A stretch of DNA of 63,110 nt, filler included, from Octopus bimaculoides (lineage: Eukaryota): the NCBI RefSeq assembly GCF_001194135.2. It is 3 parts of 3 records of this genome, joined end to end, with 100 filler letters (N's around TTAATTAATTAA, not from the genome) between each part and the next. Parts side by side here need not be neighbours in the genome. Positions count along the whole stretch, not along the records: positions 36,106 to 63,110 come from NC_068983.1; 2 more parts are not named here. The stretch is one strand, 5' to 3'. Both the position numbers and the translations under genes were made by a program. Shown here one piece after another: positions 52,395-63,110 of the stretch; the first letter of the stretch is position 1; every line of letters begins with the position of its first letter. Below the pieces are notes generated by a model. The model was not told where the DNA came from and did not search any database. It saw only the letters and a program-made list of their open reading frames with translations.

Positions 52395-53100
52395 CAGTTC
52401 CCATGCCCTCGATAATAACAGCAGGTGTCCCTCTTTCAAAATTCACTCCAGTACTGTTCTGACCTCATCTACAGAATTCATATATTTTCTGTCCAAATGA
52501 TTTTGAAGACTGTGGAATAAATGATAATCAGATGGGGCAATATGGTAGGTGGGGCATCATTTCCCATTCACACTGCTCCAGCCTTCGGAATATCATCCTT
52601 GCTGTATGTGGCTGAGCATTATCCTGATGGAAGAACATCTTATGTATTGAAACCAAAGATGGTTGTTTTTCTTCTAGTGCTGACTTGAATGACCAAATCC
52701 AAGCTTCTCTGCTAGTTCCTCAACAGTTACGATGGGATTTTGTTCCACCAAGGTTTGCAGGATGTCCACGTCGAGCTCTACAGATCTTCCAGGATGAGGC
52801 TTGTCTTCTAGGCTGTAGTTTCCAACTTGGAATTTCTGGAACCACCATTGACAGTGGCTTATACTTAATGTCTGCACCACATATACTGCATTAATATTCC
52901 TTGCACTTTCCATTGCATTGGTGCTTTTATTGAACTCATAAAGCAAAATATGCCAGATATGCTCATTTGTCACTTCCAGTATAGCTTTTAGAAAATAACT
53001 GTTAAAATGGAACTGCATTCTTTAAAACTTCCACTAAGAAAAAGAACAAGGTAAAATTACTACCTGTTTTCATAGCAAGATGATGCACATAGTTTATCTT
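52395..53100 (-). mobile_element. mariner (Mos1/Hsmar-like) transposase, internally deleted, in intron 2
   Basis: HIWHILLYEFNKSTNAMESARNINAVY...WFQKFQVGNYSLEDKPHPGRS...VEQNPIVTVEELAEKLG (HTH domain), joined to [16 protein letters not shown] (YSPDLAPSDY motif region). Confidence 0.9.
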
Positions 53101-53216
53101 GTCACCTTTTATAAACTTTTGAAAATTTCTCTTATTTTTATATATATATATATATATAAGTTCCTAATAATAAATTACCATTGGATTTTTTGCTGAATAT
53201 TTAATTTTCTTTATAG

Positions 53217-53480
53217 GTTCCCTATGTTATGCTGAACTAGGGACTGCCATTCCGAAATCTGGTGGAGAATATGCATATCTTATACATACCTTTGGTGCAT
53301 CACATCCGACCTGGGGTCCAGTACCAGCCTTTTTATTTGCTTGGTTAGCAATGTTTGTCATACGACCAGGAATGGTATCGATAATGGTGATGAGTCTGGG
53401 AACATATGCATCAAAACCATTCTATGGTGACTGTGAACCTCCGGTTGTGGTTGTGAAACTTATTACTATCACTGTATTAG
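53217..53480 (+). CDS. SLC7A9-like transporter, coding exon 3
   Basis: Acceptor ttatAG at 53215-53216. Translates (G)SLCYAELGTAIPKSGGEYAYLIHTFGASHPTWGPVPAFLFAW...PFYGDCEPPVVVVKLITITVL, with the family motifs YAELGT, SGGEYxYL and PFYxxCxPP. Donor GTAAGT at 53481. 264 bp, phase 1-1. Confidence 0.97.
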
Positions 53481-53829
53481 GTAAGTATGTNNNNNNNNNN
53501 NNNNNNNNNNNNNNNNNNNNNNNNNNNNNNNNNNNNNNNNNNNNNNNNNNNNNNNNNNNNNNNNNNNNNNNNNNNNNNNNNNNNNNNNNNTTATTTGGTT
53601 GCCATAATAAGACTCCGAGTTTCGGATGTCGGGGTGGAAACCTGCTCCAGCATCTTGTCAGTTATCGAGGCAGTCGAAAAATGCTATGAAAATGACCATT
53701 AAACAAAGGGAAATTATTATGTAATTGACCGTTATTAAGACAAAAGAGTGATTTGAATGACTGTTAAATAAGGGGAAAAACTGTAGGGGAGAAAGTAAAA
53801 AGTAAAGAAGTAAAAATGCTCATAGCAAT

Positions 53830-54740
53830 TGTGCATGCACGCATGTACATACATATACATGCACGCATGCACATCCACGTACATGTGCCTATATGCATAT
53901 GCTCACTCACACTTGCATGAAACACATACATGTGCACCCACACATATGCCAATAAATGCACATATATATGCAACCATGCATGTACACATATACATATCCA
54001 CACACGTGCACATACCCATACATGCACAATTATATTCAAATACACATCTGAAATGCATACATGCTATATATGCATATGCTCTCTCACACTCGTGTGAAAA
54101 ACATGCATGGACACCCACATATATGCAACCATACACATGTACATATCTACATACCTGNNNNNNNNNNNNNNNNNNNNNNNNNNNNNNNNNNNNNNNNNNN
54201 NNNNNNNNNNNNNNNNNNNNNNNNNNNNNNNNNNNNNNNNNNNNNNNNNNNNNNNNNNNNNNNNNNNNNNNNNNNNNNNNNNNNNNNNNNNNNNNNNNNN
54301 NNNNNNNNNNNNNNNNNNNNNNNNNNNNNNNNNNNNNNNNNNNNNNNNNNNNNNNNNNNNNNNNNNNNNNNNNNNNNNNNNNNNNNNNNNNNNNNNNNNN
54401 NNNNNNNNNNNNNNNNNNNNNNNNNNNNNNNNCGTACATGTGCCTATATGCATATGCTCACTCACACTTGCATGAAACACATACATGTGCACCCACACAT
54501 ATGCCAATAAATGCACATATATATGCAACCATGCATGTACACATATACATATCCACACACGTGCACATACCCATACATGCACAATTATATTCAAATACAC
54601 ATCTGAAATGCATACATGCTATATATGCATATGCTCACTCACACTTGTGTGAAACACTCGCATGTACACCCATATATATATGCAACCATACATATGTACA
54701 TTTATACATACACGCACACACACATGCACAAAAAAGTTCA
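53830..54740. repeat. Low-complexity CA/TA-derived tandem array, about 177-bp period, gap-interrupted
   Basis: tatatgcatatgctc.ctcacact.g..tgaaa recurs at about 53892, 54069, 54445 and 54624. Confidence 0.75.
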
Positions 54741-55074
54741 TATATACATCTATATATGCAGATGCACAAGAAAAATGCAGGGTGAAAGGTAAAATACAGA
54801 AAAAGATGTGTAAAAATATATAAAGCAATAAAAATATAAAAATATATCTATAAATATGTAAAAAATATATATAAAAAGTATAGAGAGATAAAATGCTTGT
54901 ACGTGGACACAATATAAAAGGCAAGTTCTATCTGTGCTCCACAACCATATCCCTCCTCCTGGTAGCGCTCTCTTTACTCCACCACCTGTGAGGAGTGCCA
55001 TAGCTGATGCCAGCGCATCCTGACTGAACAGTGCTGCATATCTCATCAAAATGCAGTAGCATCATTAGTAGCCT

Positions 55075-55732
55075 CACCAAGGCGATGACAAGTGACCGAG
55101 ACCTTTGGAGATATGCTGTGCTTGAGAAGACTCAGCAAGCCAAGTGAGACTGTAACCTCCGCCTATGCCAGTGTAGCATAACCAGCCCATTTAAGAGTAC
55201 CCTTCAATCATTGGGCAATAAACTGTACTTGTGAAGACCTGTTGAGTCAAGTGAAGTCATTGTCATGGCCAATGACAGTATCGCCTGATTGACACCCATG
55301 CAGGTGGCACGTAAAAAGCCCCATTTGAGCATGGTCGATGCCAGTGCTGCCTGACTGGTCCCGTGCTGGTGGCACATAAAAAGCACCATTCAAGTGTGAT
55401 CATTGCTGGTGCTGCCTGACTGGCTTTCGTGCTGGTGGCACGTAAAAAGCACCATTCGAGCGTGGTTGATACCAGTCAGCCGGCTGACTGATCCCATGCC
55501 AGCGGCACACAAAAAGCACCATTGAAGTGTGGCTGAGGCCAGTACTGCCTGTCTGGCCTTTGTGCCAGTGGCACATAAAAAGCACCCACTACACTCTTGG
55601 AGTGGTTGGCATCAGGAAGGGCATCCAGCTATAGAAACATTACTAGATTGGATTGCCAGCCCTCAGTCAAACCATCCAACCCATGCCAGCATAGAAAGCG
55701 GACGTTAAACGACGACGACGATGATGATGATG
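55075..55732 (+). mobile_element. RTE-clade LINE 3' end: ORF C-terminus, 3' UTR with ~66-bp minisatellite, (GAC/GAT)n tail
   Basis: AMTSDRDLWRYAVLEKTQQAK* (stop at 55145-55147). Units start ggtggcac.taaaaagc at about 55303, 55368, 55434, 55501 and 55568. Confidence 0.85.
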
Positions 55733-56939
55733 AATATAATATAAGATAACATAAAAAAGGTCATTAAAAAAACCAAAATAGCCAACAGTTTGTTTCGACT
55801 TATAACCATTATTTAATTTATAAACAATACATATTCACTTATATAAGTCTCTTCAGAGCTTTGGTTTATAGACAGACAAAATTCCGTGTGAAAGACATGT
55901 GGATATGTAATGTTTATAAATCAAATGATGTATAATAAATTGAAACAAATTGTTGGCTATTTTGGTATTTTAACGATTTTTTATGTTATATTACATTCAT
56001 AGTATATTATGTTATAATATAAAAAAATTATTGGATAGTCAATTGAATCTCTCTATTTAATTTATTGTTTGTAATTTGCATTATATCCATACTTATGTGA
56101 TATTCAACTGACGTACTAGTGAATTGGGTGTTTTACACAGCTCTTTTAAGGAATTCCTTTCTTTGGTTTGTTACTATATGTATTATTTATTATTCATATA
56201 CAGGGATGTTGTTGACAGAGACTTTGAAATTTTGGCTAGCTAAGCTATCATTGGACTGCGATGCATTAGAATTCGTTTTGCCTGTTGAGATAAAGTCATC
56301 TTCAGGTGTGGAGTGTTTGAGTGGGATGCTTATGGAAAGGTGTTTCGGGAAAAAATCTTATTGATTAAATTTGGGTTATGTTATCGTTTAGAATTTACTT
56401 CTGCATTTAGAACTTCTCAAGCAAGCCTGTATTTTATTTCTACAGTCAATTACACAGCATATTTATTTGATTTAAATATGACCAAGCGTTGTTTCTACAG
56501 TATAGAGAACTATAATGCATTTGCATTCATCTAGTTTTGACTATGCAACTTTATTCAAGATCTGTCTACATATGTTGTTTGAAGTAAACTGAGTGTATGT
56601 ATGCATGACTAATATTTTGCTAGGTTATGTTACTGTGGTTTTTTGAGAGAGAAATGAATGTGAGGTGGAGATTTAGAAACTTGATATGGTTATAAAAATT
56701 ACTGTGTGATTAATCTCATCCTGATCTTAGGTTTAAATTTGAAATGAGAATCCGAGACCTATGAGTTGGTCAAATTGTATTTTTTCCATCTTAGTCATAG
56801 TTGGACTATAAGTTTGTGGTCTGATATTTTGTACAACAGCTTGCCACTAAATGAGATTAAATCAAATCAAATTAAATATATGTGATACAAAGAACTTATT
56901 TACGAGGGCAATTCAAAATATTTAAACTAGGTATGATAT

Positions 56940-57225
56940 CAGCATCATCATTTATTGCCTGTTTTCCATGCTGGTTTGACTGGAGATGGTAAGCTGGAGA
57001 GCTACACCAGGCTCCAGTCTGTTTTGGCTCAGTTTCTACAGTTAGATGCTCTTCCTAATGTCAACCACTCCACAAAGCGTGCTGGGTGCCATTCAAGCAT
57101 CACCGGCACTGACCATGACCACGATTTAACTTAGATTGGTGTGTCTTCTCAAGCACAGCAATTTGCCAGAAGTCTCAGTCACTTGTTATCACATCTGTGA
57201 GACTCAATGTCTGAAGATCATATTT
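56940..57225 (-). mobile_element. RTE-type 3' end, antisense copy (shorter-UTR subfamily)
   Basis: (CAT)n tail on the + strand. tcttctcaagcacagca is the reverse complement of the YAVLEK codons of the 55075 copy. Confidence 0.75.
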
Positions 57226-57819
57226 TATTACTTAAATGTAAACATATTTTCATAAAAAATTTTCTTGTTACATGACTGACAATACACGAAGAGCTAACAA
57301 ATTCACAATATAATTACTCACCTTTTTTTTTTTAGTAATTTCCATAAAAATCTAGCATAGGGGGCATTAATCTACTCAGCATCTTAAAAGATGCACATAC
57401 TGGAAAAGGTAGTGTAAGAAAATATACATAATAAACTGCCTAAAATATTTTTTACTTTTTGTGTAAACAAAGAAAGGGGGCATTTGTAAACTTTGGGGTG
57501 GAGCACTGATCTACGAAAGAATGAGAATAACTGGTCTAAAATTATCTAACCTTTTGTGAATTGATGATACATTATTTCAGCTTCAAGATTTCAATGATGT
57601 GATTGTTTATTTTTGGAACAATATTGTAGGGTAGATATGATAGGTCAGATCTGGCTGGTTTGAACATTATACAGGTAGAATATTTGGATTGGATTATAGC
57701 CAGTTTAAATGCCGAAGAGTTAAACTAAAAAAACTACTAAAACTTTCTTTAATTAGTGTCAATATTTTTTACTTAATATTTCTATTTTAGCATTTTCTTT
57801 TCTCTTTATTTTCAAACAG

Positions 57820-57945
57820 TATTTATTGCTTTCATCAATGCCACCAGTGTGAAATTTGCAACTAAAATTCAGAATGTTCTAACAATTACCAAGATAGCTG
57901 CTATCATCATTATCACTGTTGGAGGCTTTTATTATATGGCAATAG
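57820..57945 (+). CDS. SLC7A9-like transporter, coding exon 4 (gene continues beyond the window)
   Basis: Acceptor ttcaaacAG at 57818-57819. Translates (V)FIAFINATSVKFATKIQNVLTITKIAAIIIITVGGFYYMAI(G), matching the NxxSVKxxxxxQNxxTxxK motif. Donor GTAAGT at 57946. 126 bp, phase 1-1. Confidence 0.95.
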
Positions 57946-58577
57946 GTAAGTTTCTCATAGTTTTCTATCTTTCCCTGCTTGTAGTGTCAGTTTAATTTTC
58001 TTCTGTCTATAATATTCATAATATTACATCTGTCACATTCTCTGTCAAACTGTTTTTCCGAATACTTGTTAAGTATTAAGGAACCAGTCTGAAGTTTTAC
58101 AACAATTGTTTTATGATATATTTTTCTTTCGCAGCAATATTTTGGAATATTGTAAAAGCTGTCAATCTATTCTAACAAAATGTAAGAATTTTACTTTTGA
58201 ATATATACTATATTTTCCATCATACGAATCGATGTGTAGTAATTCCCCGACTATTGCGGGTGTTATGTTTCAAAACCTCCGACAGAAATAATTAAAATCT
58301 AAAAAAATCTAAATACTTGTCAGCAGCAGAAACCCGCGATATACTGAGGAGTACATGATAGAGTGATCTTTGTATATAAAGTAACTTAACTTTTTTTTTG
58401 GCTGTAAATTTTGGTCTGAAAAATTCAATTTGTATTCTGGAAAATATGGTGTAAATTTATTTTAACATTTGCTTTCTCTAATATCATTTATTTTAACAGA
58501 TAATAGTTCCCAGTAATAATATTCATTTTTCCCACTTCTCTTCACTATTTCTGTTTACAAAAAGTGTATGATACTTA

Positions 58578-58612
<35 letters not shown>

Positions 58613-58617
<5 letters not shown>

Positions 58618-58786
58618 AAGGGATGACCACAAGGTGGACATCCAATATGCTAGAAAGAGGTCATCAACGACCCAACCACAAAGAAAAATAATGTTCTCCA
58701 GAAAAATTTCTTTTTCTTTGTGGTTGGGTCGTTGATGACCTCTTTCTAGCATATTCGATGTCCACCTAGTGGTCATCCCTTATACA
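58613..58786. repeat. Fold-back inverted repeat: 76-bp arms with 2 mismatches, 22-nt spacer
   Basis: Left arm 58613-58688 and right arm 58711-58786, compared base by base. Confidence 0.95.
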
Positions 58787-58987
58787 CGTGTAATANNNNN
58801 NNNNNGTTGATGACCTCTTTCTAGCATATTCGATGTCCACCTAGTGGTCATCCCTTATACACGTGTAATACGATTTTTTCTGAATTTTCAGATTTTTTTT
58901 ATATGTTAGGCCACTTGGTTTTAAATTAAATTAATATTCAATTTATCACTCTATCTATCTATCTATCTATCTATATCTATCTATCTA

Positions 58988-59022
<35 letters not shown>

Positions 59023-59029
59023 GATAACA

Positions 59030-59362
59030 TAGGTGCAGGTATGAGCTGTGTGGTTAAGGAGCTGGCTTTACAACTGCATAGTTTTGGGTTCAATCACATT
59101 GTGTATCAACTTGAGCAAGTGTCTTCTATTATAGCCCCAAGCTGACAGAAACTGTGTGGAAGCCTGTTGTGCATGTGCATCTCTGTGTTTGTCTCTCACT
59201 GCTTGATCACTGGTGTAAGTTTGTTTGTGTCCTTGTAGCTTAGTGGATTTGTAAAAAGAGGCTGATAGAATATATACTGGGGTTAATTTGTTTGACTCAA
59301 TCCTCCAAGATGGTGCCCTAGTAAGGTTGCAGTCCAATCATTGAAACACAGAGTAAAGGAAT
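59030..59362 (+). mobile_element. SINE family A, CpG-decayed copy
   Basis: Family A head and tail are recognisable, with most CG changed to TG/CA. Confidence 0.8.
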
Positions 59363-59384
59363 AACAGTGAAATGATTAAGTATC

Positions 59385-59600
59385 ATCATTATCATTTAAT
59401 GTCTACTTTCCCATGCTTCCATGGGTCAGATGGAGTTTTATTGAGGCAGATTTTCTACTGCTGGATGTAACTTCCTGTTGTCAATCCTCATCTCTTTCCA
59501 AACAAGTTAATATTTTCCCATAGTTATCACATTTTTCACAGAAGACGTGAAATGAACAATGTTGCTTGCTGATGATGATTCTCATTTATAGCCATCATGT
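59385..59600 (-). mobile_element. RTE-type 3' end, degenerate antisense copy
   Basis: catcattatcatttaatgtctactttcccatgc...ctggatg. Confidence 0.6.
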
Positions 59601-59650
59601 GATGTCTAGACAAGGGTACATACAAACAAATGCACACATACTCACATGGT

Positions 59651-59697
<47 letters not shown>

Positions 59698-59840
59698 AGA
59701 TAGTTATGGCTGGTTCATAGGGTTACCTGGGGTTTTGTGTACATAAAGTGCTTGGCTTTACACATGTCCCACCAGACCCTAATTTAGTGTACTTCTCATT
59801 TGGATTTATGATTTTCTGACAACACACATGTGCACGCGCG

Positions 59841-59892
<52 letters not shown>

Positions 59893-60391
59893 TTCTTTTA
59901 GTTTTTGTGGGACTATATGATGTATAACAGAAAATTTAATTTTCAACTTAAAAGAAATTAACAACAAAAGAAATAAGAACTAAATTCTTTTCTGATTGTA
60001 AATTGTCTGCCAAGCTATCCTTACTTTGAGAATTCATTGGAATCTTCCTTTCTGCATTCAGTTTTTAAATAGTCCCTTTTAATCTCTGTGACTTCACTCA
60101 CTTTTTTTCAAACTCACATTCTCAACATCTTCAAAACTAGACAAGACTTAATCCTTTAACATTTAAACCAGCCATAACCAGCCAACTATTCTATGCATCT
60201 TATACTAAAATTGATTACTTCCAATCTCTCACACCTACCTGGTAACGTCACTCTAAAATGTTTGTCTGAGCTGAAGGCCTGTAGGAGTGAACATGGTTCC
60301 ATGTAAACGAAAAGTAAACCTCTTAACCACACAGCCATACCTGTACTCCTTGTGTATACCATCATTAAAATGTGCTGTATCTCTATAAGAG

Positions 60392-60524
60392 TTTCTTAAC
60401 TCCTGTTATTTCAGTAGCTGTTATTTCTTAACTCCTGTTATTTCAGTAGCTGTTATTTCTTAACTCCTGTTATTTCAGTAACTGTTATTTCTTAACTCCT
60501 GTTATTTCAGTAACTGTTATTTCT
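60392..60524. repeat. Minisatellite, 4 copies of a 32-bp unit
   Basis: TTTCTTAACTCCTGTTATTTCAGTARCTGTTA starting at 60392, 60424, 60456 and 60488. Confidence 0.95.
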
Positions 60525-60655
60525 ATTGATCTTGATGAGTTAATCCAACAAATCTGCTAAATGTACATATAATAAACTATGTTTGAAACAGCATGAGAGA
60601 AAGAGCAGAGAGGAACAGACATTCTTAATTACTAAATCTTTTTTATATTCACACA

Positions 60656-60738
<83 letters not shown>

Positions 60739-61015
60739 TCTCTCTCCCTCTCCCTCTCTCTCTCTTATTATTATTTGAATGTTTTTCTGTGCAATTTTCA
60801 TATTTATTTCAATCATATTAGCCTCTTCAGGAATGCTATTTTTTATTCAAGTTAGCCAATGATCACTAAAAAACATATACAGGCGATCAAATGAAAGCCA
60901 TCAGCTATAGCCAATCAGTATGGCTGTAGTCACAAAGTCTTTACATTTTGATATACATTGGAATGTGCAAACCTGAAAAAATATAAAATTGGATGGAAGA
61001 GAAGGTCATACTAAA

Positions 61016-61235
61016 TCCTTTTGATACCAACCTACCTAAAACCTCCTCTGATACTGTAATACAAACTTCCTGTTTTAAAATGATCTAAGTTTTGACCATA
61101 ACCCTCTGTTAAAATTTTGTGCCAATTTATGTTCCAAACATCAGTTTAATAAAGACAGTTATTTTATTAAATACTTCATTATTTTGAAAATTAATAGAAA
61201 CACAGTGAATTTCAACAAATATGGTAACAAAAGGG
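61016..61235. mobile_element. piggyBac-type MITE
   Basis: Right end TGGTAACAAAAGGG followed by TTAA (61236-61239). Left end TAAA|TCCTTTTGATACCA is the degenerate complement. Confidence 0.6.
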
Positions 61236-61663
61236 TTAATGAATATTGAATAAAAAATACTTAAATCCTAAAAAAATAAAATAATTTCACTTGTCAGGTG
61301 CTGAATATTTGACTTGGACCAGAAGTGCTCGACTAATAATTATCATTCCTCATGAACCCAATATGGCTGGATCCATGTTATGTTAACTTTAGTTGGATAT
61401 TGTCTCAAAGTATAACCTTTTGAACAACTTTTTAATTGTCTAATTTGATCCACTGATGTATTAGATTTTATGAAAATTTTAACGAAAATATTAAATGAAA
61501 CATTGATAGTTCATTATAATACTTTTTCTTCAAATTAAACTAGGATATCAAAATACAGTGTTTTGATAAGGTGAAAGGTAATGTCTAACCCACTTCAGTC
61601 TCTTGTCAGACTACCATGCAACCTTGTGAGTAAACATGGTAGATAGAAACTGTGAGGGTCTGT

Positions 61664-61694
<31 letters not shown>

Positions 61695-61696
<2 letters not shown>

Positions 61697-61866
61697 CATC
61701 ATCATCATCATCATTTAACATCCATTGTCCATGCTGGCATGGGTTGGACAGTTTGACAAGCTGGGGTGCTGCACCAGATTTCAGTCTGATTTGGCATGGT
61801 TTCTATGGCTGGATGCTCTTCCTAACACCAACCACTTTACAAAGTGTGGTGGGTCCTTTTACGTGG
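61695..61866 (-). mobile_element. RTE-type 3' end, antisense copy
   Basis: (CAT)n followed by ttaacatccattgtccatgctggcatgggttgg...ggtccttttacgtg. Confidence 0.8.
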
Positions 61867-61944
61867 GACCTACTTGACTTAACCCCTTTGTCTGTCCTTG
61901 TTTGTACCCGCTATGTTTAGCCCCTTGTGAACAATAAAGAAATA

Positions 61945-62195
61945 GGAAACTGGAAGAAGCCCATCATATGTATATATATATGTATGTGTGTGTGTGCCTG
62001 TTTGTCCCTCCACCATTGCTTGACAACCAATGCTGGTGTGTTTACGTCCCTGTAACTTAGCGGTTCGACAAAAGAGACCGATAGAATAAGTACTAGGCAT
62101 CCAAAGAATAAGTCCTGGGGTTGATTTGTTCGACTAAAGGTGGTGCTCCAGCATGGTCACAGTCAATTGACTGAAACCAGTAAAAGAATAAAAGA
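61945..62195 (+). mobile_element. SINE family A, 3' two-thirds
   Basis: ggaaactggaagaagcccatc...gactgaaaccagtaaaagaat. Confidence 0.88.
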
Positions 62196-62752
62196 AAAGA
62201 AAAGAATGATAATAATTTATTATTTAGCTGTAATTACTAGAGATTACAACTGGGTGAATTATAACAAATTTCTTAAGTGATTAAATACTTTACTGACATT
62301 TTGATCTATCATAACTAATAATGTAACTGAGGAATATTGTTTTAATTTCTAGGTAAAGTAATTGTATTGAAATATTGTTTAAGCTAACTAACAGATACTC
62401 TTGATTTCCAGCACATTACATGCACATGCAAACAAATGCATTAACAAATTTGCATATAATCATATACACAACAGTTTTTTTAAATGCATTGGTTTCTGAA
62501 ACACACATATCTGAGTCTAACAAGGGTCAAACAGCACATTGGAATTTAGCTCTTTTCTATCAAATTATTTCCTTGACGAAATGCCCAATTAATGATATTC
62601 AATATGAAAATTTAATTTAATTTCTCAAATTGAATTTTTTTGGGATGGAAACAATTGTAGGTGCAATGGATTTGATATTCTTTGGAATTGAATGTGTTCT
62701 AATAAATTAATGTCTATATATCAATTTCTCCGTTTTCTTTCTCTCATATATA

Positions 62753-63110
62753 TATAGAGGCATCAAGCTGTTAGATCAAGTTATGAAAGTTACAGAGAGG
62801 GTCATAGCCCAACTAATTAGGGAGCGAATCAATTTAGATGAGATGCAGTTTGGGTTCGTGCCAGGTAAAAGCACTACTGATGCCTTATTTCTAGTAAGAC
62901 AGCTGCAGGAGAAATACCTAGCTAAGGATAAACCTCTGTACCTGGCTTTCGTTGACATGGAGAAAGCCTTTGACAGGGTCCCCCGATCCCTTATCTGGTG
63001 GTCAATGAGGAAACTTGGGATAGAAGAATGGTTAGTGAGAGCTGTGCGAGCCATGTACAGAGATGCTGCCAGTAAGGTGAGGGTTGGAAATGAGTACAGC
63101 AATGAATTCC
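62753..63110 (+). mobile_element. RTE-clade LINE reverse transcriptase, uninterrupted reading frame to the window end
   Basis: YRGIKLLDQVMKVTERVIAQLIRERINLDEMQFGFVPGKSTTDALFLVRQLQEKYLAKDKPLYLAFVDMEKAFDRVPRSLIWWSMRKLG...; 119 codons with no stop. Confidence 0.95.

Noticed and set aside
55300-60524. CRISPR-like appearance of regularly spaced repeats (66-bp units, 32-bp units)
   Set aside because: These are head-to-tail tandem units without unique spacers, in eukaryotic TE or intron context, with no cas genes.
70-61000. Dozens of supplied ORFs rich in HT/YI/CV/LS/poly-S/poly-L/poly-D or X
   Set aside because: They are translations of (CA)n, (TA)n, (GA)n and triplet microsatellites or of N gaps, with no splice context or domain motifs.
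4540-62195. tRNA genes suggested by A-box/B-box-like motifs
   Set aside because: All belong to SINE heads continuing into SINE bodies. No complete cloverleaf was recognised.
57946-63110. Search for SLC7 exon 5 (expected to start with the remainder of a Gly codon, then TM5-TM6 loop sequence)
   Set aside because: No acceptor followed by a matching open frame was found (e.g. ttctAG at about 62351 leads to a stop), so the exon presumably lies beyond the window.

Overview
Repeat-dense, gap-containing animal genomic DNA, most likely octopus. This is an inference from the SINE/RTE/Penelope repertoire, the very high (CA)n/(TA)n/(GATA)n load and the TTAGGG repeats. The only host gene I can support is a + strand SLC7-family (b(0,+)AT/SLC7A9-like) amino-acid transporter light chain. 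Four coding exons are visible (49288-49489, 52208-52309, 53217-53480, 57820-57945; about 231 codons, roughly TM1-TM5), and the gene continues past the window end. The rest is transposon-derived or simple repeat: Tx1/L1-like, R4/Dong-like, CR1/L2-like, RTE and Penelope-like retroelement fragments, two abundant tRNA-derived SINE families plus others, Tc1/mariner, piggyBac, hAT and possible Merlin DNA elements, and LTR relics. Almost all ORFs in the supplied track are microsatellite or N-gap artefacts. The most interesting observations are hammerhead-ribozyme-like Penelope relics (one about 130 nt upstream of the first coding exon, on the sense strand), a 76-bp near-perfect intronic hairpin, a perfect telomeric-repeat palindrome, a GG-ended MITE with an 8-bp TSD carrying telomeric repeats, inverted repeat pairs that could be ADAR substrates, and a sharp CpG-depletion boundary near 41-43 kb. 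I found no clearly novel multi-gene system. All counts and alignments were done by hand.
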